Positions 25,544 to 32,818 of a stretch of 32,818 bases of DNA are shown one piece after another (position 1 is the first letter of the stretch; the number at the start of each line of letters is the position of its first letter). The notes beneath the pieces are model-generated. The model made no database searches and had not been told where the DNA came from. It worked only from the letters and a program-made list of their open reading frames with translations. The stretch comes from Gammaproteobacteria bacterium (GTDB lineage Bacteria > Pseudomonadota > Gammaproteobacteria > QNFN01). The position numbers and the translations under genes are program-made. The DNA lies in NCBI GenBank assembly GCA_009937385.1, contig JAACFL010000002.1, positions 1-32,818 of the forward strand, read 5' to 3'.

Positions 25544-26466
25544 GCTTGCGGGTCCTTGCCGGGTTGGGATTCGGGGTCGCGGTAACGGTGCAGGAGATCG
25601 GCGTAGGCGTCGATGCGACGGTCGCGCAGGAACGGCCAGATGCGCCGCAGCTCCTCGGTGCGGCCGAGCGGCAGGTCGACGACCAGCACCTCCGGGGCGT
25701 CGTCCGGGGCCTGGCCGAGCAGCTCGCCCTGCGGGCCGCAGGCAAAGCTGCTGCCCCAGAAGTCGATGCCCGGGCCACCGTTCGGATCGGGCTCGTGGCC
25801 GACGCGATTGCAGGCCAGCAGCGGCAGGTGATTGGCCACCGCGTGGCCGCGCTGCACGGCGATCCACGCCTCGCGCTGGCGCGTCTTTTCGTCGTCCGCG
25901 TCCGGTGGATGCCAGCCGATCGCGGTCGGGTAGAGCAGCAGCCTGGCGCCGGCGAGCGCCATCAGTCGCGCGGCCTCCGGGTACCACTGGTCCCAGCAGA
26001 CCAGGACGCCAAGCGGGCCGAGGCTGGTGTCGATCGGGCGGAAGCCCTGGTCGCCCGGAGTGAAGTAGAACTTCTCGTGAAAGCCCGGATCGTCGGGGAT
26101 GTGCATCTTGCGGTAGGTGCCGGCCAGGCTGCCGTCGCTGTCCAGCACCACGGCGGTGTTGTGGTAGATCCCCGCGGCACGGCGCTCGAACAGCGTCGTG
26201 ACGATCACCAGACCGAGTTCGGCGGCCAGCCGGCCCAGGTGTTGCGTGGTCGGGCCCGGGATCGGCTCGGCGAGGTCGAAGGTCTCGACCCGTTGCGCCT
26301 GGCAGAAGTAGCGCGACGGGTGAAGCTCCTGCAGCAGCACCAGCCGGGCGCCGGATGCGGCTGCCTCGCGCACCCCGGCATCGGCCGTTGCCAGGTTTCG
26401 AGCGAGCTCTTCGCTGGCGGCATGCTGCACCAGGGCGGCACGCAGGGTTTGCGGGGTGTCGTTCAC
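25540..26466 (-). CDS. aguB: N-carbamoylputrescine amidase (nitrilase superfamily)
   Basis: Catalytic E-K-C triad in LQELH, YRKMHIPDDPGFHEKFYF and VCWDQWYPE; WPFLRDRRIDAY; adjacent to agmatine deiminase; GTG start at 26466. Confidence 0.9.
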   Translation of the reverse strand: MNDTPQTLRAALVQHAASEELARNLATADAGVREAAASGARLVLLQELHPSRYFCQAQRVETFDLAEPIPGPTTQHLGRLAAELGLVIVTTLFERRAAGIYHNTAVVLDSDGSLAGTYRKMHIPDDPGFHEKFYFTPGDQGFRPIDTSLGPLGVLVCWDQWYPEAARLMALAGARLLLYPTAIGWHPPDADDEKTRQREAWIAVQRGHAVANHLPLLACNRVGHEPDPNGGPGIDFWGSSFACGPQGELLGQAPDDAPEVLVVDLPLGRTEELRRIWPFLRDRRIDAYADLLHRYRDPESQPGKDPQA

Positions 26467-26518
26467 GGCGTTTCGCTCGACGGGGGAGGGGGATGGTAGC
26501 ACCGGCGGGCCCGGCAGC

Positions 26519-27571
26519 TCATCCACCCAGGGGCAGTCCGGCCGGCATCTGCAGGGTGGCGCAGTGCAGGCTGCCATTCTCCTCGATCAGCGCGCGCGCT
26601 GGCACGCCGATCACCTCGCGGTCGGGGAAGGCGTCGGCGAGATGCCGCTGCGCGGTGGCATCGGCCGGGTCGCCGTAGACCGGGCACAGCACGGCGCCGT
26701 TGATGATGAGGAAGTTGGCGTAGGTCGCTGCCAGGCGCCGTCCGTCGTCGGCGTGCTGCGCGGTGGGCAGTGGCAACGGCACCAATCGGTAGGTGGCGCC
26801 GTCTGCGGTGCGCAGTGCGCGCAGTTGCTGCTCCAGGTCGTGCAACGAGGCGTGTGCCGGATCGGCACGATCCGGGCAGGTGACGTGGGCGATGGTGCGC
26901 GGATCGCAGAAGCGCACCAGCGTATCGACGTGGCCGTCGGTGTCGTCGCCCGGCAGCGGTTCCACCTCGAGCCAGATCACCCGCTGCAGGCCGAGCGCGG
27001 CCGCGAGACGGCTCTCGATGTCGGAGCGCTGGAGCCCCGGGTTGCGCGTGGCGCTGTCCAGGCAACCCGCGGTGGTCAGCAGCGAGCCGAGTCCGTCGCT
27101 TTCCAGCGCCCCCCCTTCGACCACCAGCGGCTCGCGACGCAGGTGCGTGCTGCCGAACAGTCCGCGCTCGTGCAGCAGCGCGGTCGCCAGGGCGTCGTGT
27201 GCGTGAGGGTACTTGCCGCCCCAGGCGTTGAAGGCGAAGTCGACCAGCTCGACATCACCGTCGCCGGCGACCGCCAGCGGACCGTAGTCGCGCACCCAGG
27301 TGTCGTCGGTGGGCAGGCATGCGAAGTGGAGCCGGGCTCCGGGGACTCCGGTGCCCTCGAGCCCGCCACGCACGTGGTCGCGGTGCGCCTGGTCGCGGCA
27401 GATCAGCAGCAGATCCTCGCGTTCGGCGATCGCGCGGGCCAGCGCGACGTAGTCGGATTCCGCGGCGGCCAGGCGTGGGCCCCAGTCGCTGTCGGCATGC
27501 GGCCAGGCGAGCAGCACGCCGGACTGCGGCGCCCACTCGGGAAGCAGGGTCGGCGCGGCGGGATCGCGCAT
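26519..27571 (-). CDS. aguA: Agmatine deiminase family protein
   Basis: PEWAPQ, DTWVRDYGP, FNAWGGK, EGGALE, DDTDGHVD, ATYANF and GSLHCAT (catalytic Cys); start reassigned to 27571. Confidence 0.9.
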   Translation of the reverse strand: MRDPAAPTLLPEWAPQSGVLLAWPHADSDWGPRLAAAESDYVALARAIAEREDLLLICRDQAHRDHVRGGLEGTGVPGARLHFACLPTDDTWVRDYGPLAVAGDGDVELVDFAFNAWGGKYPHAHDALATALLHERGLFGSTHLRREPLVVEGGALESDGLGSLLTTAGCLDSATRNPGLQRSDIESRLAAALGLQRVIWLEVEPLPGDDTDGHVDTLVRFCDPRTIAHVTCPDRADPAHASLHDLEQQLRALRTADGATYRLVPLPLPTAQHADDGRRLAATYANFLIINGAVLCPVYGDPADATAQRHLADAFPDREVIGVPARALIEENGSLHCATLQMPAGLPLGG

Positions 27572-27590
27572 CTTGAGGGTCCGGAAACGA

Positions 27591-27621
27591 CGACGCGCCC
27601 GTCTGGGCGACGGGCGCGTCG
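27591..27621 (-). terminator. Hairpin / putative intrinsic terminator
   Basis: CGACGCGCCCGTC-TGGGC-GACGGGCGCGTCG forms a 13-bp stem 11 nt after the stop of the 27633-27914 gene and is followed by TCGTTT on the minus strand. Confidence 0.55.
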
Positions 27622-27632
27622 GTCGTGGTGTC

Positions 27633-27914
27633 TTAGCGGTGGACGACGCTGTGCAGGACGAGGTCGTGCTCGAAGAACACGGTGTAGCCCTCGTAGACCC
27701 AGCGCGAGATGGGCGGTTCACCGACCGAGGAGACCTTCTCCTTGGGCTCGCCGAATCGCTGGGCGACCTGGTCCATGCTCATCCCGTTGCCCGGGACGAT
27801 GACCGATACCATCGGCTCGGTGGCTGACGGTCCCTGCTGGGTCGCTGTGGACTGCGCGTGGGCCGCCGAAGCGACCAGCAGCAGGACGAGGCAACAGAGC
27901 AGCTTTTTTGTCAT
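27633..27914 (-). CDS. Small secreted conserved protein (possibly SmpA/BamE-like fold)
   Basis: Signal peptide ending AHA-Q; GMSMDQVAQRFGEP...VGEPPISRWVY...TVFFE pattern; candidate extended -10 TGCTATAGT at 27955-27947. Confidence 0.8.
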   Translation of the reverse strand: MTKKLLCCLVLLLVASAAHAQSTATQQGPSATEPMVSVIVPGNGMSMDQVAQRFGEPKEKVSSVGEPPISRWVYEGYTVFFEHDLVLHSVVHR

Positions 27915-28119
27915 CTTTGTATCCCTGACGCTTGATTCCCAAAGAAACTATAGCACCTGCCACGGCCGTGCAGTAGGGGCCGAAGAACCCGCGATCGGGC
28001 GCTGGCCCGACCGAAAGGGATTCCCTTTGCTGCATAAGGATATAGCCAAACAGTCTTTCACTGGAGGGGGTTCTGGTCACTAGGATGCCTCCAACCCGAA
28101 ACCCGTCCCGGAGGCCAAA

Positions 28120-28599
28120 GTGAACCCCGAATCAACCATCCCGCCCGATCTCGTACTCGATGCCCGCGGTCACCGCTGCCCGCTGCCGGTGCTCCAGGCG
28201 ACCCGCGCCGCCGCGCGCCTGCCGCGCGGCGCACTGTTGCAGGTGATCTCGGACTGCCCCGGCGCGCATGCCGACCTGCAGGCCTGGGCGCGCCAGACCG
28301 GCCGCGAGCTGCTCGAGGTGACCGAAGACGGTGACGGTGGGCAGGCCTACCTGCTGCGCAACGGTGACCGCTGGTTGCCCAGTGCCGTCCTCGACATGCG
28401 TGGTCACCCGTGCCCCGCGCCGGTGATCGAGGCGGATCGGGCCCTGTCCGGCCTGGCCGATGGAAAGGTGCTCAAGTTGCTCGGCGACTGCCGCGGTTTC
28501 GCCGACGAGGTCGATACCTGGACGCGCAGCACCGGGCGCCGGCTGCTTGGCATCGTGCCGGGCCCGTCCGGCAGCTCGGTCTCCTACATCCAGGGCTGA
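28120..28599 (+). CDS. Tandem (two-domain) TusA/SirA-family sulfur carrier protein
   Basis: Two repeats, LDARGHRCPLPV and LDMRGHPCPAPV, each followed by a W.R.TG motif; GGAGG SD before the GTG. Confidence 0.88.
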   Translation: MNPESTIPPDLVLDARGHRCPLPVLQATRAAARLPRGALLQVISDCPGAHADLQAWARQTGRELLEVTEDGDGGQAYLLRNGDRWLPSAVLDMRGHPCPAPVIEADRALSGLADGKVLKLLGDCRGFADEVDTWTRSTGRRLLGIVPGPSGSSVSYIQG

Positions 28600-28611
28600 G
28601 CCAGGGCGCAC

Positions 28612-29406
28612 TCAGCGCGCGATTTGGCGGTCGATGGCTGCGCCCAGCTCGTCTGCTGCGCGGCGCCCGGCCTCGTCGAGTTCCACCTCGAGTGCGTCTG
28701 CGAGACGTCGCGCGGGTGCGGCGGACGGGCCGTCGCGTCCGGCCGTGAGCCGGGCCCACGCCAGCGCCTCGACCGGGTCGGGTTCGACCCCTTCACCGCT
28801 TGCGATCATCTGCGCCACGCCGAGCGCCGCGGTGGCATTGCCGAACAGCGCCGCGCGACGCAGCAGCGCATAGGCGCGCACCGGGTCGCGCTCGACACCG
28901 CGCCCCACGCGGTAGAGATGGCCGAGGTTGGCCAGCCCCTCGGGGACGTTCGCGGTGGCTGCCTTGTCGAACCAGGCTGCAGCGGCAGCCTCGTCGACGT
29001 CGACGCCACGACCCTGCACGAGCATCAGGCCGAGGTTCACCTGTGCGGCGTGCGAGCCCTGTTCGGCGGCACGCCGGTACCAGTCGACGGCCGCGAATGG
29101 ATCCTCGCGGGTGCCGAGCCCCCGGTCGTGGAGCACCCCCAGGCGGAACTGCGCATCGGCATCGCCACCCTCCGCAAGCGGCCGCCACGCTTCGAGCGCG
29201 GCCGCGAAGTCGCCGCGCCTTGCCGCGTCCTCGCCCCGTGCCGCGAGGCGTTCGGATTCGATCAAGGGCCACAACGCGAGCAGGCTCAGCGCGGCGATGA
29301 CCGCGTAGATCAGCAGCGTGACCCGTCGGTCGCCCTGGCGTGATCCCGGTCCTTGTGCCGCCGGCGGTTCGGACATGCTCTCTATACTCTGCGTCTCTTG
29401 GCGCAT
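28612..29406 (-). CDS. Membrane-anchored Sel1-repeat protein
   Basis: TM helix LLIYAVIAALSLLALW and repeats AQFRLGVLHDRGLG, AQVNLGLMLVQGRGV, NLGHLYRVGRGV; alternative start at 29376. Confidence 0.88.
   Translation of the reverse strand: MRQETQSIESMSEPPAAQGPGSRQGDRRVTLLIYAVIAALSLLALWPLIESERLAARGEDAARRGDFAAALEAWRPLAEGGDADAQFRLGVLHDRGLGTREDPFAAVDWYRRAAEQGSHAAQVNLGLMLVQGRGVDVDEAAAAAWFDKAATANVPEGLANLGHLYRVGRGVERDPVRAYALLRRAALFGNATAALGVAQMIASGEGVEPDPVEALAWARLTAGRDGPSAAPARRLADALEVELDEAGRRAADELGAAIDRQIAR
29382..29388 (+). promoter_or_regulatory. RpoS-type -10 element CTATACT upstream of the hydrolase
   Basis: Exact match to the E. coli sigmaS -13/-10 consensus, 66 nt upstream of the ATG at 29455; no -35 recognised. 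Confidence 0.3.
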
Positions 29407-29454
29407 GCAGGTCGTGCACTCATGTTAGCTTCAGGCGAGGAGGGCGGAGCGCCG

Positions 29455-30318
29455 ATGGCACCCGAGGAGCTGACTCTCGAAACCGCGTACCTGCGCCTGG
29501 CCGCGCAGCGCTGGCACGTCGGGGCGCCGCTGAAGGTGCTCGCGCTGCACGGCTGGCTCGACAACGCCGCGAGCTTCGCCACGCTCGCGCCGCGGCTCAC
29601 CGGCTGCGACCTGGTCGCCCTGGACCTGCCTGGTCACGGGCGCTCCGAGCATCGTCCTCCGGGCGTGCACTACCACTTCGTCGATTTCGTCCCGGACGTG
29701 CTCGCCGCGGCCGGGGCGCTGGGCTGGGCACGGTTCGCGATTCTCGGCCACTCGCTGGGCGCCGGCATCGGCTGCTTCGTCGCGGCGATCGCTCCCGGCG
29801 CCGTGACCGGGTTGGCGCTGGTCGAGGGGCTTGGCCCGTTGAGCGGCTCCCCGGACGACGATCCCGACCGGCTGGCCGAGGCGACGCGACAGATGGCCGC
29901 GCACGCGTTGCGTGAACCGCGCGTCTACCCCGACGTCGAGACCGCGGTCACGGCGAGGGTGCGGGCCGGCGGCGTGGGCAAGACGGGTGCGCGCCTGCTG
30001 GTCGAACGTGCGCTGCAGCCGACCGGGGGCGGCTTCGCATGGCGCAGCGACCCGCGCCTGCGCTACCGCTCGCCAATCTACCTCGACGAGGCGCAGGTGC
30101 TGGCGTTCCTCGCCCGGATCCGCTGCCCGGCGCAGCTGCTTACAGGGGCCGACGCGGAACTCGCGGCCCGGCCCGAATTCGCCGCGCGTTGCCGTGCCGT
30201 GCGTGGGCTCGACCACCGCGTGCTGCCCGGCGGTCATCACCTGCACCTCGATGACCCGGGGCAGGTCGTCGGACCGCTGACCTCGTTCCTGGAAGGGCTG
30301 GCCGACCCGGACGCCTGA
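29455..30318 (+). CDS. Alpha/beta fold serine hydrolase
   Basis: LHGWLDNAASF, DLPGHGRS, nucleophile motif GHSLG and His motif PGGHHLH; start reassigned to the ATG at 29455 after GGAG. Confidence 0.92.
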   Translation: MAPEELTLETAYLRLAAQRWHVGAPLKVLALHGWLDNAASFATLAPRLTGCDLVALDLPGHGRSEHRPPGVHYHFVDFVPDVLAAAGALGWARFAILGHSLGAGIGCFVAAIAPGAVTGLALVEGLGPLSGSPDDDPDRLAEATRQMAAHALREPRVYPDVETAVTARVRAGGVGKTGARLLVERALQPTGGGFAWRSDPRLRYRSPIYLDEAQVLAFLARIRCPAQLLTGADAELAARPEFAARCRAVRGLDHRVLPGGHHLHLDDPGQVVGPLTSFLEGLADPDA

Positions 30319-30323
30319 GCCGG

Positions 30324-31328
30324 TCAGGCGCTGTCGCGAAAGAACGCCAGCTGCGCGGCCTCGGGGATCTCCACGCCGGTCACCCGCGCCTGGCGCAGGA
30401 GATCCCAGAAATAGCGGTAGGAGGCGCGGTCCTGGAGCTCACCCTGGTACTGGATCGCGCCCCACGACTCGGCCTGGGCGGCGAGCAGGATCGCCGCGGC
30501 GTCCTGCACCTCGGCGTAATCGGGCTTCATCGCCTCGACGATCGGCTCGATCTGCGCCGGGTAGATGCTCCACATGCGCAGGAAACCGAACTCGGTGCGT
30601 GCGCGACGTGCGTCGCTGAACGTCGCCTCGCGGTTCTTGAGATCGAGCGAGACGTTGTGCGCGGGGACCAGGCCGTTGGCCAGCGCCGCGGCGACCAGTT
30701 CGGCCTTGGCACGCGCCAGCAGGCGGTGTTCGAACTGGCCCGGGCTGCGCATCGCCGCGGCCGGGATCGCGCCGTGATGGCTGCTGACGAAGTCCATCAG
30801 ACCGAAATCGATGACCCGCAGCCACGGGGCGGTCGCGATCTTCCACACGTCACGCAGTGCCCCGTGGGTCTCGACGAGGACGTGCACCGGGATCTCGCGT
30901 GACAGGCCGGCAGCCACGACGCGCTGCTGCAGGTAGTCGACGACCGTGAAGACCTGATCGGCCGCGGTCGGCTTGGGGATGGTGAGGTGGGCTATCCGCG
31001 CGCCGGCCCCGTCGACCAGGACGTCGATGTCGCGCTGCCAGTGTGGATGGCTCGGATCGTGAATGCGCACACCGGCCATGTCGAAGCGGTTGGCATCGCT
31101 GTTCAGTACGTCCGCCACCATCTGCGCGTGCTCCGCCTCGCGTCCGGACGGCGCGCCGTCCTCGCAATCGCACGTGACGTCGAAGATCGGGCCGAGCTCC
31201 TGCTGGAGCGCCAGTGCCTTGCGCATCAGTTTCTCGGTTCCGGCGTAGTGGTCACATGCGGTGATCACCGGAAAACGCTTCTCAGCGGTAAACAGGGCGT
31301 CTTCGGGATGTATCAAGGAACTATCCAT
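30324..31328 (-). CDS. HpcH/HpaI aldolase / citrate lyase beta (CitE-like) acyl-CoA lyase family protein
   Basis: DCEDGA, GVRIHD, IPK, LVETHGAL, DFGLMDF and WSIYPAQI. Confidence 0.88.
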   Translation of the reverse strand: MDSSLIHPEDALFTAEKRFPVITACDHYAGTEKLMRKALALQQELGPIFDVTCDCEDGAPSGREAEHAQMVADVLNSDANRFDMAGVRIHDPSHPHWQRDIDVLVDGAGARIAHLTIPKPTAADQVFTVVDYLQQRVVAAGLSREIPVHVLVETHGALRDVWKIATAPWLRVIDFGLMDFVSSHHGAIPAAAMRSPGQFEHRLLARAKAELVAAALANGLVPAHNVSLDLKNREATFSDARRARTEFGFLRMWSIYPAQIEPIVEAMKPDYAEVQDAAAILLAAQAESWGAIQYQGELQDRASYRYFWDLLRQARVTGVEIPEAAQLAFFRDSA

Positions 31329-31454
31329 AACATCATGTATTTAATAAGCATTAATCTGGATGCCGACTGAGGTGAGCGGCACCCCCCGGGGCAGCGAGTC
31401 TAACCGACGCCGCATCCGTTCGTCAGGCGTTTGCGTGATCGCGGTCAACCCATG

Positions 31455-31471
31455 ATATTGCAGCGCAACAT
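31455..31471. promoter_or_regulatory. Palindrome ATATTGC-N3-GCAACAT (TGC-N3-GCA core, PhaR-like)
   Basis: 6/7 inverted repeat in the divergent intergenic region between the CitE-like gene and the GT2 operon. Confidence 0.35.
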
Positions 31472-31526
31472 CCAAGCCACTAGCATTTGACTGTCTCGCC
31501 CAATTTGGGCGCCACGGGCTTGCAGC

Positions 31527-31709
31527 ATGGAATTCTGGCAGCAGTTGCTCCTCGGTGCGCTCGCGGTCGGTGCCCTCTGGCTGTTCCTGCCTTCGGCGAA
31601 GCGTGCGATGCGTGATGCACCGAGCGGCAGCTCTTCGGACTGGATGGGACTGCTGTTACCGATCGCCGCGGTCGTGGCGTTCGTCCTGTTGCTGATCGCC
31701 CTGATCTGA
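31527..31709 (+). CDS. Small two-TM membrane protein (60 aa)
   Basis: Two hydrophobic helices separated by AMRDAPSGSSSDW; the stop lies 1 nt before the GT2 start. Confidence 0.75.
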   Translation: MEFWQQLLLGALAVGALWLFLPSAKRAMRDAPSGSSSDWMGLLLPIAAVVAFVLLLIALI

Positions 31710-31710
31710 C

Positions 31711-32718
31711 ATGAACCGAACACACCCCCAGGTCTCCATACTGATGCCGGTCCGCGACGGCGGAGAGCACCTGCGCACTGCGGTCGACAGCATTCTCGGG
31801 CAGACCCTCGACGACATTGAACTGGTGTTGGTTGACGACGGATCCCGAGACGACGCGATCGCGCATCTCGATGCGATCGATGACGACCGGCTGCAGCGCT
31901 TCGCCAACCCGGGGCAAGGGATCGTCAGCGCGCTCAATTACGCGGCGTTCATGGCGCGTGGCGACTACATCGCGCGCATGGATTCCGACGACGTGGCGTT
32001 TCCCGAGCGCCTCGAGCGCCAGGTCGAACTCCTCGAGCGCGAGCCCGGCGTGGGCATCGTCGGCGCGGAGGTCGAGATCTTCGCCGAGGATGGCGTGGGG
32101 GAGGGGTATCGCCGCTACGAGCAGTGGGTCAATGGCCTGCGGTCGCCGGCGGACATCGCGCGCGAGATCTTCGTCGAAAGCCCGATTCCACATCCGACAG
32201 CGATGCTCTCGAGCCGACTGTTCAGGGCCCTCGGCGGGTATCGCGAAGTGGCCTGGGCCGAGGATTACGATCTCTGGCTTCGCGCCCACCTGCAGGGTGT
32301 GGGCATGGCCAAGCCGGACGGGGTGCTGCTGCAGTGGCGTGATCGTGAAGGGCGCCTGTCCCGGGCCGACAGCAGGTACACCGTCGAGCGCTTCCTGGAC
32401 GCCAAGGCGCACTACCTGGCCCGGTCACGACTGCGTAACAGGGCGGCCGTGATCTGGGGCGCCGCGCCGACCGGAGCACGCCTGCATGACGCGCTGGCAC
32501 GCGAGGGGGTCACCACGTCGGCATTCATCGATATCGACCCCAAGAAGATCGGGGGCCGCAAGCGTGGCTGCCCGGTGTTGCCGGCCGAGGCGGCTGCCGA
32601 GGTGGCGCCGGCGCTGATCATCGGCGCGGTGGGCTCGCGGGGTGCGCGGGCCAGCATCCGCACCGAGCTCGACGGTCACGGCATGGTGGAGGGTGAGGAT
32701 TACCTGTTCGCAGCGTGA
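31711..32718 (+). CDS. GT2 glycosyltransferase with C-terminal Rossmann-like domain (QTGAL/B3GNTL1-like layout)
   Basis: VSILMPVRD, VDDGSRD, DxD motif RMDSDD, HPT and AEDYDLW; C-terminal domain VIWGAAPTG, FIDIDPKKIG and EGEDYLF. Confidence 0.9.
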   Translation: MNRTHPQVSILMPVRDGGEHLRTAVDSILGQTLDDIELVLVDDGSRDDAIAHLDAIDDDRLQRFANPGQGIVSALNYAAFMARGDYIARMDSDDVAFPERLERQVELLEREPGVGIVGAEVEIFAEDGVGEGYRRYEQWVNGLRSPADIAREIFVESPIPHPTAMLSSRLFRALGGYREVAWAEDYDLWLRAHLQGVGMAKPDGVLLQWRDREGRLSRADSRYTVERFLDAKAHYLARSRLRNRAAVIWGAAPTGARLHDALAREGVTTSAFIDIDPKKIGGRKRGCPVLPAEAAAEVAPALIIGAVGSRGARASIRTELDGHGMVEGEDYLFAA

Positions 32719-32818
32719 TTTCGGTTCACTCACGTGGACAGTTAGACAGTTAGGCGTCCCTGGCTCCGCAGACGTATGTGAAATATATAAATAACATTAG
32801 TTAATTAAAGTAACACAC

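Noticed and set aside
25544-25987. Apparent N-terminal extension of the DAHP synthase (527-aa ORF), suggesting a fusion
   Set aside because: It overlaps aguB out of frame; the ATG at 25543 with an ATGA overlap is the natural start.
28597-28640. Selenocysteine read-through at the TGA of tandem TusA
   Set aside because: The TGA falls at the natural domain end, does not align with a catalytic Cys, and is followed immediately by the convergent gene.

Overview
GC-rich bacterial chromosome segment, most consistent with a gammaproteobacterium; a sulfur-oxidising lifestyle is my inference from the YeiH-like, rhodanese, TusA and TtrS-like genes. The left half holds conserved housekeeping blocks: a truncated YeiH-like transporter, an ECF sigma/anti-sigma pair, an Smr protein, surE-pcm-yqaA-nlpD-rpoS, an Mth938-like gene and alaC-hom-thrC-recJ. 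The right half is accessory and regulatory. It carries a NYN/cold-shock fusion, tandem AraC paralogues with divergent small ORFs, two Sel1 proteins, a periplasmic rhodanese, a stand-alone Lrp ligand-binding domain and a coupled c-di-GMP pair (a dead-GGDEF receptor-like protein and a TtrS/ThsS-like-sensor phosphodiesterase). It also has Crp/Fnr + DUF2892, aguA-aguB coupled to a type I-beta DAHP synthase, a tandem TusA, a hydrolase and a CitE-like lyase. The last gene is a GT2 glycosyltransferase whose full-length motif layout resembles, from memory, the eukaryotic queuosine-tRNA galactosyltransferase QTGAL/B3GNTL1; this is my top candidate for an undescribed system. I saw no rRNA, tRNA, CRISPR array, integrase or transposase. 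All family assignments come from reading motifs, not from database searches.
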